From the NCBI GenBank assembly GCA_950097015.1, contig CATNEN010000002.1, positions 1,736,001 to 1,800,000 of the forward strand: a DNA stretch of 64,000 nucleotides, given 5' to 3'. The stretch comes from Macrostomum hystrix (taxonomy: Eukaryota; Animalia; Platyhelminthes). How positions within the stretch are numbered: position 1 is the stretch's first letter; each line of letters starts with the position of its first letter. Under the pieces are notes generated by a model. It saw nothing but the letters and a program-made list of their open reading frames with translations, was not told the origin of the DNA and searched no databases. This document shows positions 25,307 through 36,823 of this stretch, in pieces. A program made the translations under genes and the position numbers.

Positions 25307-25607
25307 GAGGTTGTAGCCTAGTGGTTAGGGCGTCGGACTCACGACTTGAAGGTCGGGGGTTCGATTCCCGACTCACTGGAACAATTTATGTCCTTAAGCA
25401 AGACACTTAACTCTGCATTGCTTCAGTTCACCCAGCTGTTAAATGGGTACCAGCATCAGCTGGGATATTTGAAGGTGGGTGTGGCGTCCCCCCAGTCCAT
25501 GGACTGAACAGCTGTACGCAGCCTTCAGATGCACCACGCATTAGCTGCGGCTGTGCTGTCAGCTGCACATCTGACCCAATTGGGGCAGGTGTAATAAGAC
25601 TAAGAGA
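25307..25607 (+). mobile_element. tRNA-derived CORE-type SINE, family B, with 11-bp TSD
   Basis: tRNA head with A box TAGCCTAGTGG and B box GGTTCGATTCC. Central atgtccttaagcaagacacttaactctgcattgcttcagttcacccagctgttaaatggg resembles the MIR CORE domain. TSD CTTTGTTTACA at 25296-25306 and 25608-25618. Confidence 0.85.
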
Positions 25608-28267
25608 CTTTGTTTACAAAACTCATTGTTTTATTACTTGGCTATAGTTTGAATTTTTATAAGGCTAGGGTTGAAAATTGAAAATTGCTGAGGAAACCCT
25701 CAGCGTACATTACAAAAGTCTAACAGACATATGAAAGGCATTATGGCACATTACATCAATAGTACTAGCAAATGCATGTGCCACAGCATCTGTGGGTCTT
25801 CATATGGTACTAATACATAGTATAGTAAGCTAGGCTAAAATCAATCTAGATTAACGATCTGCTCAATCCAGGCCAATAAGTTTAATAGGCCAGATAAAAT
25901 AGTTTTTTTCAAGTCAAATAGGTAACCAAAAAGTGACAATATACAAGAGGATTTGGTAATATTTTACTTTCTTCTGATAAATTATTTAGTCTTTTTAAGC
26001 TACACTCAACAATGGCTAGCCAAATGTGGAGGTACCCAATTTCATAGTTGTTCTGCACTTATTGAGACTTGCCATAGCGCTGTGCAACCTCAATGCCAAT
26101 GATCAAGAGCTGGTAGGCCCCATTTGTGAGACAGGAATCAAGAGGCTAACAGCCTAAGGCCTGCTTAACAATTCACTTGAATGCCCAAAACTATAAATGA
26201 TTTTGCAAATTTATATGCTAGATCTAGAACTAGCTAGCTTTTATTTAGCCTACAAATTCTCTTATTCATTTTTTATTTATACTTTTTAACAAGAATAATT
26301 TAAGTCAGTGAAGCCAATTAAAGCTATAAAATGAATTTAAGAAACTGAAAATAATTGTCTAGGACTAAAATATATCAACTAATAAAGCTAATATTCATAC
26401 TTTTTAATAGGACCAAAAGTTATATATATATATATAATATAAATATTACTTTTTGGTAGAAGTTTAGTAAGCCTAGATAAATTCATATGTAAAAAGCAAA
26501 AATCTATATACCTAATTAGCTTAGGCTATTGCCCATATACAGATCATAAAAAATATATAAAAACTTTACTTACAACTAGTACAATAACTAATGTGAAGGT
26601 TAGCTAATATCCTTTAACAATAGTAGGCCTAGTTAAGACAGGACAGGCAGCAGCAGGTAGGCCCCTACCCAAAACAAAAAACAAGAAAGCTTATGTCAAA
26701 CTATGCTTAAGGACTTAAGATTCAAACTTAACAAAGTTAACAAAGGGGCCTATACAAAAGGAACTTAAGAACTCCTGACTTTATTGAAAAGCAAAAATTC
26801 TGTAAAAGGGTAAAATTAGGGCCTAGCTTTGACTTTGAGTCTTTGACATAGCTAGTCTAGGCCCAAAACTAAGAAGGCTATACATTTTTAATAGCCAACT
26901 AGGCTAGGCTCAGACAAATACAAAATTGAGTCAATAACATATAACAGGGCCTACTTTAATAAAGTACACCTTAAAATAAAATGTGGCTTTTCTATATATT
27001 CTCTAAATTTCTAAAAAAATTCTAAAATACTCTATAGGCCTAATGAATAAATTCTGTACTAGAAAAACAAGGACTGCAAATGATCAAGCTGCTTCACTTT
27101 CACTATTAAGATGAAACTTAGCCATGCTTCTAACCATTGAGGCTTTGGTGTTTTCCTAGACTTAGAATAAGTCGCTGTCAGTGTCAATGTCAATAAAAAC
27201 TAATTGAGTGAAGACAGGCCTGTAAAATACTCATATCCGAATGTGCAACGATTGTGAAATGCTAAAATCGCCTAAAGAATAAATATTTAATATTTAATAA
27301 GCAGGCAGCTTGATATAATATGGCATGCCGGAGTCTTGCAAATAGTGCCCAACCGCCCGGGATGATGAGCTGCTGCGCAGGAAAATAACTGGGTTCTTGG
27401 AAAATCAGAAACCGTAAAAATGACTTTAGCGGTTGCTTTAAGAAGCAAAGTCGGAAAAAAATTTACGCTATCGCTAAGCTATATTTTTTTGTACTTAGGA
27501 ATTTTAGGCTCAATTTTAGGCATTAAAAAAGCACGAATAAATTTTGTGACTGTGCGCGTCCGAAGAACAACAACATGTGATAACAACAAACGAAAGCAGC
27601 AGGATGAGCAGCAGCGAGCAGCAAGCAACAAGAACAAGATAAAAAACCGGCGCGCTTACGTGACGCGTGACGCGCGCTTCGGTCCTCGAAATCGCGCACA
27701 ACTCCACTCCCACTCGACATCCGCCTCTGGTGCCAGAACTGTGCGGAAGCTGCCTCCTCTTTTGGCTCCTCTATCAGCTCCCATCTTTCCGACTTTTAAT
27801 CATCCTACTGTCTTGTGACGTTTAAGTAATCTGGGACCGGCTGAATCAATGCGGTGTTGGGATAACTGAGTGATATTTAAACAGTAGAATTGCCTTAGCT
27901 TTGCTACTAGGTTTGTATTGTACTAATGATAATTCAGCACTGTTGTTGTAATTCATTAACCTAAGCGAATTGAGATAGCAATTGCAAGCTGCCAAGGGAT
28001 TTTAAGATTGGCGAACCTACTTGCATTCGAATCAACGCCTAGCCACTAATTTGTAGTATGGTTCTAAATATAGATTTAGAACTTGTTTAACTAACGTACT
28101 GCAGTTATATTCGTAAAACGTGATGTGATTATTTTAGCTGCCACATCATATTACCATAGACAAATGTAGGAGGACTAAAATTATAGTATCAGAATCAGTT
28201 TTTTAGAATTTCATTCTACATAACAGAATTGAAAAAAGTCTTAGTAATCGATTCCGAAGACCAATCA

Positions 28268-30479
28268 ATGAGGGAAATGACTGAAAGCGATCTAGGTACA
28301 ATGCAGGAGCCGGCCCAAGATTCGCAGTGTCATAATCGGACGCAAAATCATAGAGCAGCCTCAGTATCCAGCAAGCAAAGCCAGAAAAAGCAGCAATCAA
28401 GCGATCGCCCACTGCCGGACAGCGTAGACACGCAGCGCAGAGACCTGCAACGGATGAAGCTGCGCCGGTTGTGGAATTTCGTACTGCGAAATCTAGTCAC
28501 TACTGGTGCTCTACTCCTGCTGTTGTGCCTGTTAACCTTTATAGTCGCCGTGGTATTCTACTACGTTAACAGGCATGGCCACACCAACAGCGACCATTAT
28601 CGCCTGCTGAAGATCAGGCAGGCTGAGTACACGCAGTCGCTGGCCGAGGTTGTTGAGATGGCAAGGAAGCCAAAAGCAATGAATATAAGTCTAGTGCTCA
28701 AGAAGTTGCATCGGCTGCGTCAACTGGGCAGGTCGGTGTCTCACAAAACTCTGTGTTAAAGAATGCATCTTCCAAAATTCAAATCTTTCCAACCCTTTAT
28801 CGCCTACCCTTACAGTACTTGAAGCCCATAGTTCAAACTAGTGGAGATCTCAATAGTCAAATCATCCAACCCCGGCCCATCCTCCAATCCTTCAATCCAC
28901 AATCCTCCAATCCCCCAACTCTCCAAACCCTAACTCTCCAACCCTTAACCCTCCAATCCTTCTATCCTCAACCCCCAACCCTCCAATCCTTCTATCCCCA
29001 ACCCACAACCCTCCAATCCTTCTATCCCCAACCCACAACCCTCCAATCCTTCTATCCCCAACCCACAACCCTCCAATCCTTCTATCCCCAACCCACAACC
29101 CTCCAATCCTACTATCCCCAACCCACAACCCTCCAATCCTTCTATCCCCAACCCACAACCCTCCAATCCTTCTATCCCCAACCCACAACCCTCCAATCCT
29201 TCTATCCCCAACCCACAACCCTCCAATCCTTCTATCCCCAACCCACAACCCTCCAATCCTACTATCCCCAACACACAACCCTCCAATCCTTCTATCCCCA
29301 ACCCCCAACCCTCCAATCCTTCTATCCCCAACCCACAACCCTCCAATCCTTCTATCCCCAACACACAACCCTCCAATCCTTCTATCCCCAACCCCCAACC
29401 CTCCAATCCTTCTATCCCCAACACACAACCCTCCAATCTTTCAGTCCACAACCCTCCAGTCCTTCAATCCACAATCTTCCAATCCACAATCCTCAAATAC
29501 TCCGATCGTCCAATCCTCCATTCCCATAATCCCACAATCCTCCAATCCCCTAATCCCACAAGTAGACCACCATTTCGATCCTTCAATCTATCCCACAATC
29601 CTCAATCCTCCAATCCCCAAATCACACAATTAGACAATCCGACAATCTCACAATCCTCCAATCCTCTGATCATCCAATCCTCCAATCCCAAAATCCTCCA
29701 ATCCTCCAGTCCCACAATCCTCCAATCTTTCAATCCTCGAATCTTCCGATCCCCAGTGCCCCAGTACTCTAATTCTCCAAAAATCCAAGCCTTCAGTTGT
29801 TTAATTGTGATCACAAGTCTTACTATCGTGCCCTGCCCCAAAACGAGCATTCAGAAACTACGCCTACAAAGGCATCAGTAACGCCATCAAACAGCACGAG
29901 CTAAAGCCAACATTCACGGAGTCCCTGTACTATGCCGTCACTCTGGTCTCCCTGATTGGCTACGGCGACATCGCGGGCGCCTCCGAGCTGCAGTACTTCT
30001 GCGCCAGCCTTTCCATGCTGATAGCGGTGCCAGTTTGGTACATGTACCATCACCAGCTGTACCAGCTGCTCTACTCGGTGCAGCTCTACTGCTATAGGCG
30101 GTGGATAAAGAAGTCGCTGCCAGAGAGTCGTTCCAATCGCAACTTGATATCCATCTGGGCTGCTCGAATCCACAATGCCAATGTGTATCACAGGTCGAGA
30201 TTCTACCTCAGCAATCTGGTACTCATGCTCGTGATGTTCCCGCTGTGCCTGGGCCTGCTGCGCATCATCGAGTCCAGGCTGTCACTGCAAGACCAGCTCT
30301 GGCTCATTGTGCAGTCCATCTTTCACATCGGTCTGGGAGATGTTAATTTTCAAGCGGCTCACTGGCCAGTAGTATTCATCATGATTAGCACCTGCTTTCT
30401 GATTTATTTCCAGTGCTTTGCCTTCATTGTGCCACAGTATACGTCAATGCGATTGTCTAGTTTTATGAAACATTATTGA
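28268..30479 (+). CDS. Two-pore-domain (K2P/TWK-like) potassium channel, divergent, about 362 aa
   Basis: Exons 28268-28731 and 29855-30479 (phase 2). M1 plus cap, P1 ESLYYAVTLVSLIGYGD, M2, M3, P2 QLWLIVQSIFHIGLGD, M4. Confidence 0.8.
28870..29790. repeat. 30-bp C-rich minisatellite (ctccaatccttctatccccaacccacaacc) with degenerate flanks in the K2P intron
   Basis: Tandem units seen directly. Confidence 0.95.
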
Positions 30480-30849
30480 TCCGTGCCCACTATATTTGAC
30501 CAGAAACATAATTATCAAGTAATTGTTCGAGAGGTGATCAGCATAAGCTCTGCAGCCTAATTACTGAAATCTGTAATTATATGGAATTCCCAAGCATGTG
30601 CTTGACTGAACCGAAGTGCAACTGCCATTTTTATGAAAAAAAATAGACTCTCAAAATAAAAAAGGAAACGCAAAAGTTTCATGTTGTTTGAGCATGAACG
30701 AGCTAAGTTAACATGAGCAATTGGCACTACTTATTTAGTAACATCCAATTTTAGCAAGCCATGCGTTGAGCCTGCAAGAAGTCAGGAAGATCGCTTTACT
30801 CATTCACTGCCTCGGGCAGTGTAGGAGTGCGGATCTACCGAAGACTCTC

Positions 30850-32170
30850 AGCTGCCCAGGAGAGACTCTCAGCTGGTCCAGCAATACTGGAAGCTGCTTC
30901 TAAAGCATCGGTGACAGTTAATCTCAAGAAGTGCAGCTTCAAGGTTCCAAAGATCCAGTTTGTTGGACATCGAGCCATTTCTGTCTCATACTAAAGCCTG
31001 CCGCTCAACTTAAAGCACCAGAAAACACTTCATTGGTTTCGCCAAGTTTTTTTCAGTTTTACATTAAGAAGACTTATCGCATGTCGCCGAGCCTCTGACG
31101 GCACTAATACGCGAAGATGCACCTTAGAATTGGGACAAGAACTGCGAAGGGACATACAGCGAGGTGAAGCGACTCATCTTATCAGCACCCTGCCTGATAT
31201 TCTTCGATCAGAAACATGAGACCGTAATTTCCTGCGACAGCAATGACGTTGCCTTGGGTGTAACGCTGAGTCAAGTCGATGAGCGCTGCCCGTTGCCTTT
31301 GCATCTGGGGCCCTGTCCGACGCCGCTACTCAGCGTCAAAAAATGAGGCTTTGGCGTGCGTCTGGAGCTGCAAGCACTGGCACCGATCAAGCGCTGACGA
31401 CCCTGCTATCTGCACGAGGGGTTGGCCAACGTCATCTTAGTCTTCAACGCTGGTGCGAAAGACTTTTTGTTTACGACTTTGACATCGAGTGAGTACATGG
31501 CAAGCTGAATATTCAGCCAGATTTTCTATCACGCAGCGGGTATGTCGGCAGGAAAAGCGTCAGTCAAGAAACCAAGTACCAGGAACTCACGGAAGCCGAT
31601 ATTAAACTCGTGCTGGCCCGGAGCTCCGAACCGATTTCAATTGCTCAGCTTGCGGAGGCCACAGCAAAATAGGAGTCATAGCGAGTCACTAACAATCTGC
31701 TGAACGGATGGTCCACTGAAATTCCTCTCTCCTCAGTTTCGCCAATAAAAGGCCTCAAAGGTTACTACCAAGTACAGAACGAACACTTCTTGTGAAATGA
31801 TGGCCGCTGTCTGGCGAGAGGCAACAGCACAGTCCTGCCGTTCTCCGTGACCTGGCGTTAACAGAGGCGCACCAAGGACACCTTGGCGTCGCCAGAGTCA
31901 AGGCACGGTGCCGTCACACTGTCTGGGGGCCAAGAATCGATAGCGACGGGGTGGTGTTCGTCAGGAACTGCAGCGCCTACGGTACGGCATTCAAACCAGT
32001 CAAAGTGCCTTGGTCAAAAACAGAACTACCAGCGGGTCCAGCTGCTGGCAAAAGCTGCAAGTCGAAATTGTGGGAGAACTGCCGTCAACCGCAGTGCCCC
32101 ATTCTCTAAGATTTTTTGTCATCCATGATCTCAACTCCATCTGGGCCAGAGATCATCGCATCTTCGTCGG
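30850..32170 (+). mobile_element. Degenerate Ty3/Gypsy pol remnant (RT end, RNase H, integrase start)
   Basis: Frameshifted fragments KCSFKVPKIQFVGH, AEPLTALIREDAP, ILSAPCLIFFDQKHETVISCDS..ALGVTLSQ, GHLGVARVK (zinc-binding region) and WQKLQVEIVGE. Confidence 0.8.
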
Positions 32171-32199
32171 TGACCTCTACTTCAAACGGAGGGTTGAGA

Positions 32200-32650
32200 T
32201 ATAGATAGATAGATAGAGAGACGCAGAAGGCTAAGGAGCCCTTGCGCGCAAGCGCACGCGGAAAATACGGGAGGGGCAGGCAGCTGTGGACTGGGGGCTG
32301 AGTCCCAGCGCCTGCAGGTCAGCCACGGCAGCCTCTCCGGGTAGTGCACGCCCAGGGCGTAGCGCAGCAGGGACCTGTACAGCGCATCCAGGGCCCGCTG
32401 TCGCGTGTCGGTTATTGGCACCGCTTCCAAGCTGTACAGGAGGATAGGTTCCACGGCCGCGCGGAAGAGGCACCTTCAGGACGTCCCTCGCAGCAGAATT
32501 GAAGACGTTCTTAAGTAGGTGCACCGCGCGCCAGGCCTGATTCCTCCTGTCGGAGACGATGGTGTCCGAGCTCATTGACAGCGACCCAAGGTAGCGGAAG
32601 TCCTCGCACACAGCGATGTCATCTCCGTTGGGGTTGAGATAGGCAAATGA
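32200..32650 (-). mobile_element. 3' fragment of a non-LTR retrotransposon (RTE-like RT C-terminus) with (CTAT)n tail
   Basis: EDFRYLGS..., LFRAAVEPILLYSLEA and LDALYRSLLRYALGV, with a frameshift. Confidence 0.75.
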
Positions 32651-33124
32651 GTATTTCTTATAGCTACATGTCAAAAAGTATCATTGCTAATTTCGCCCGC
32701 CAAGGGGGCTGTGTATGCTAGTTTCGTCTACAGATCAACAAACGCTACAATCCCATACATTCCGGTCACTGGCTCAATATTAAGATTTATTAAAAAAATA
32801 TCTACACACCTATTTCGATTTCAGCAGTTCGTTTTTCCAATAAAGGTTATTTGCCGCTAAACGTGTAGATGTATCCATTAGTTTTGACTGAATGCATTGA
32901 AAAGGCCTAACTGGATGGGTGCATGGCTTGGGGAAAAGCACAGCGCACGGTACAATTGACTGCAGTGAGAGATAACTTTTTTCTTTATAAAGCCGCGTGC
33001 AAGCAACCGAGGCTCATAAAGTTTATTTAATCCCTTATACCACCAAGGAGCTAGGCACTGTCCAATCCTATTCCTTTTATTGGACACTCGTTAAACCGAA
33101 TTAAACTTCTAAACTCGAGGCTCG

Positions 33125-35275
33125 ATGAATAACAACTTAGAAAACGACAACGACGATGATCAGAACGAGCAGACTAGCGTTGATGACAACGATGACGAGA
33201 TTGAAATGATGCCCGTGATGGCCGACGAAGTCCTGCCGCTGCCATTGGACCGCGGCTACGCTTGGGTCATCACCTTTGCCAGCATGATGGTCAGTTTCAT
33301 CGTTGATGGCATCGCGAACTCTTTCGGCCTGATGCTCGTGGACTTGTGCGACTATTTCCAGGCCGACCAGGCGTCAGTGATGCTGATCGGCTCGCTTCTG
33401 TGCGGAGTTAGGATGCTCACAGGCCCCATTGTTGGCGCGCTGGTCAACAAATTCGGCTGTCGGCCGGTCTGCATGGCGGGCGCTGTTGTTGCAAGCGCCG
33501 GCTTCTTCCTGAGTAGCTTTGCCACCCAGCTGTGGGTGTTGACTTTAACCTTCGGGGTCATTGGCGGCTTCGGCAACGGCCTCATTTACCTGCCGGCAAT
33601 GGTATGCGTCTGCTATTATTTCGAAAAATATCGCGCTCTGGCGATGGGTCTGGTTGTCAGTGGAACTGGCATCGGCACCATCGTGATGGGACCGTTGACC
33701 AACGCCCTGCTTGAGTCGCTCGGCTGGCAGAACACGCTGGTCATCTTGTCTGGGATTGCCCTCAACGGCGCCGTCATGGGGGCCTTCATGAGGCCCAACG
33801 AGCCGCCAATCGTTGCCGCAGTGGCGAGCGGCTCTGTCTCCGCTGCTGGCTCGCGAATCCGACTTCATCAGTTGTCCATCAGTGAGCCGGCGGCAGCAGG
33901 AGCAGCGACAGCAGCTACTGGAACACCTGTGGCGATGACTTCCGACCACGACATTGTGGCCCAGCTTGCCGAGCAGTACGTGCGCAGAACTCGTCAAGAC
34001 AGCGAGGAGCCTGGCGCCGGAATGGGCACTCAGCTGCCAACCATTCCAGAAGCCATGCCAGCAGTGCCAGAGTCTCCTTCGGCTCAATTTCGGGCATCGC
34101 GTCCTTCTGCAAAGAAGCAACTGGACTCAGACCGTCGCATTTTCTCGAGCACAATCAGCGGCTTCGACGTCAGCTCAGTGGGCAACCTGAGCGAACCGGA
34201 CGCACTTTTGAAGTCGCTGCCGACTCTTTTTGCCAGACGACGCGCCGTGCGCAAGTCCAAAGCGGCGAAGGCGACCAGAGCCCGTCGCTTCGACATCGCC
34301 CAGATTCGAGCCGGCGTCATGACTGCCAACCTTTCTTATTGTCGCGACCTTTTCTACAGCGACTCGGTGATGAACCTCACTAGCGCTCGGGTTCGGCACT
34401 CTCAGCAGTCCCTGGCGCCCAGTCAGCTGTTTCTATCGATGACCCGCATTCCTGGCGAGGCTCCGCCCGTGCTGCCAACGGTGAACGAGCTGCCTGCTGA
34501 CAATGTGCTGACGCCGCCAAAATGTCTGCGCTGCCTGCCGAAACCGATTGTTGATGCTTTCCTAATGATGGTGGATCTCAGCCTCATGAAAGACGTAAGC
34601 TTTGTGATCATTTGGTTGGCAAACCTCGTCGTGATGCTGGCCTTCTACGTGCCGCTATTCTTCGTCAGCGCATTCGCCAGGGAAATCGACGTCTCAGAGG
34701 ATCAGGCGCGCTACCTGAACTCGGCGTTCGGTGCGGCCAACACAATCTGCAGGATCCTCGTTGGCTGGATTGCCAGCAATCCGAAAGTCTCTCCGCTGCT
34801 GATTAACAACATCTCATTGCTGTTGAGTGGCGTGTTCTGCATCATGCTGAACTTCTGCACCGGCTTCTGGTCACTGCTGTCCGTTTACACCCTGCTGGGC
34901 ATCTGTCTCGCACCTGTGATCACTCTGACCTCGGAGATTCTGTGCAAGTTGGTCGGGCTGGACAACCTCACGAACGCATTCGGCCTCGTCACGATGGCCC
35001 GCGGCATCAGCACCTGCGTCGGCTCTCCTCTCACCGCTTCGCTGTACAACGACACGACAAAATACAACCTACCGTTCTCGTTCGGCGGCAGTCTGTTTAT
35101 CGTCAGCTCAATCATCTTCAGCATCCTGTTGCTGCCCCATTTCCGTCGCAAGGAGGAGGACAACCAGCAGAAAGTGGAGGAGCTGATCAGGAGCGCGCAC
35201 AACCTCAACAGCCCTCTAATTCCACAGCCCTCCAATCCTCCAATCCATCAATCCCACAACCCTCCAATACTCTAA
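33125..35275 (+). CDS. SLC16/monocarboxylate-transporter-like MFS protein, copy 1 (N- and C-terminally shortened), 716 aa
   Basis: Intronless ORF with PLDRGYAWV (MCT PDGGWGW-like motif), GALVNKFGCR and YYFEKYRALA; 12 predicted TMs around a large central loop. Near-identical to 41128-43240. Confidence 0.8.
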   Translation: MNNNLENDNDDDQNEQTSVDDNDDEIEMMPVMADEVLPLPLDRGYAWVITFASMMVSFIVDGIANSFGLMLVDLCDYFQADQASVMLIGSLLCGVRMLTGPIVGALVNKFGCRPVCMAGAVVASAGFFLSSFATQLWVLTLTFGVIGGFGNGLIYLPAMVCVCYYFEKYRALAMGLVVSGTGIGTIVMGPLTNALLESLGWQNTLVILSGIALNGAVMGAFMRPNEPPIVAAVASGSVSAAGSRIRLHQLSISEPAAAGAATAATGTPVAMTSDHDIVAQLAEQYVRRTRQDSEEPGAGMGTQLPTIPEAMPAVPESPSAQFRASRPSAKKQLDSDRRIFSSTISGFDVSSVGNLSEPDALLKSLPTLFARRRAVRKSKAAKATRARRFDIAQIRAGVMTANLSYCRDLFYSDSVMNLTSARVRHSQQSLAPSQLFLSMTRIPGEAPPVLPTVNELPADNVLTPPKCLRCLPKPIVDAFLMMVDLSLMKDVSFVIIWLANLVVMLAFYVPLFFVSAFAREIDVSEDQARYLNSAFGAANTICRILVGWIASNPKVSPLLINNISLLLSGVFCIMLNFCTGFWSLLSVYTLLGICLAPVITLTSEILCKLVGLDNLTNAFGLVTMARGISTCVGSPLTASLYNDTTKYNLPFSFGGSLFIVSSIIFSILLLPHFRRKEEDNQQKVEELIRSAHNLNSPLIPQPSNPPIHQSHNPPIL

Positions 35276-36787
35276 TCCTCTAATCTACCAACCCCCCTGC
35301 CCTCCAATCCTCCAATCCGCAGTTGACAAGTCCTCTAACCCTCCAAAAGCACAACCTCCCATTGTTTTATTGTGATTACAAACCGTATCTGTCTCGGAGA
35401 TATGTATTTTCAACCGGCCAGTAATATGCATCATAATTAACACCTGTGCTTTCTAATTTTCTTTCAGTGCTGTGTTGTTACTACATGTATGATTTAGCAT
35501 ACTAACAACGCTTCACTGAGAAGTTGATTGTTTAAAGACGTGTTTCGTAAATTTAACCACAGTCTATTGGTTTGCTATAGTATGAGTTATATTTTCTAAT
35601 TAAATTTTGGAGTTTAAAGTAATTAAAGCTACATTTTGCATTTAAAAGAACTATAATAACGTGTTTCACAATACGAGCAATAACGCCAATAAACATTACT
35701 ATAACGCGCTCATATTGTTATGGGACCTCGATAGTTTATTCCCTTTATCGAAATAACTAGACACGGCGACTTTCTCTTAACTCCACGAATGCTTTTCCGT
35801 GTTGGAACACCTGTTCTCGAGAAGTCTTGGGTAGCGAATCGATTTCAATGCGATCAAGGTCGACAACCTACAGTGGTGCGTCATCAGGTAGATCCGGTTA
35901 CGGTATGTCCAGCACAGATCACGGGCAAGATCTTCTAAGAAATTGACGAATTCCAGTAGAACAGCGTCCTCCAAGTGCATGGTCCGTTGAACTCAGCATT
36001 GAAAGGAAATCCATTTCGTTCGCAGATACTCTGTTAAGAGAGTCGGTCGGCAAGTTTTTCCAATGTTTTAGAGACATTTTTGGAATCATTCGATAGTGAA
36101 TCGTATAACATATACACAAATCCTTTGCTCTCTCCTTTTCGCTCTATAGTCTATGGCACAGCTGAGTCGATATCCAACCTCTACATTTCTCTACTGCTTT
36201 TTAATCCATATGTCACAGTTGTAGCCATAGACACACGCACTCAGTGCAGTCCAGCACTTTCTGATTCGACGAGGCATCGTTAAAAAATCGAAGTTAAAAA
36301 ATCAGCGTTAAGTCGAGTATGCCAAACCACAGTAAAAATAGACTCATGTAGTACAATATGTAAACAATAAGCAAAATTACGAGTGGCGTTGCCATTCATA
36401 TTCATATGAATGTACCAAATGAGTAATCTCCCATTGTGCCACTGTATACGTCAATGCGATTGTCTAGTTTTATGAAACATTATTGATCCGTGCCCACTAT
36501 ATTTGACCAGAAACACAATTAACACGTTAAGAGTTCGAGAGGTGATCATGCAGCACAAGCTCTGCAGCCTAATTCCTGTAATCGCTAGATGGAATTTTAC
36601 TAGCAAGTTCGTGTGGCGTAACTGAAGTTCGTGCAACTAACTTTTTATGAAATAAATAAAAAACTCTGAAAATAAAAAGAAACGCAAAGTTTTCACGTTG
36701 CTTGAGCGTGCACGAGATAAGTTAACATGAGCAATTGTCACTACTTATATAGTAACATGGATCGCAATCCATCCAATTTTAGCAAGC
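35210..36787 (+). pseudogene. Remnant of a duplicated K2P gene: intron 3' end at 35210-35385, CDS end plus 3' UTR at 36432-36787
   Basis: 35341-35382 aligns to 29775-29817 (ttgttt.attgtgat.acaa after ctccaatc repeats). 36432-36787 aligns to 30425-30759. The sequence between is unrelated to K2P exon 2. Confidence 0.65.
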
Positions 36788-36823
36788 GAGCAATGTTTTG
36801 ACACACCCACTCCACTGTAGAAA

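Noticed and set aside
25307-25380. tRNA genes at 25307 and 38278
   Set aside because: The anticodon stem is poorly paired, and both continue into an identical SINE body with TSD or tail.
28753-29529. 258-aa TTLQSFYPQP repeat ORF
   Set aside because: Lies inside the phase-compatible K2P intron; a 30-bp minisatellite artefact.
35760-36130. Coding-looking minus-strand segment inside the K2P remnant
   Set aside because: Multiple stops and no recognisable homology.
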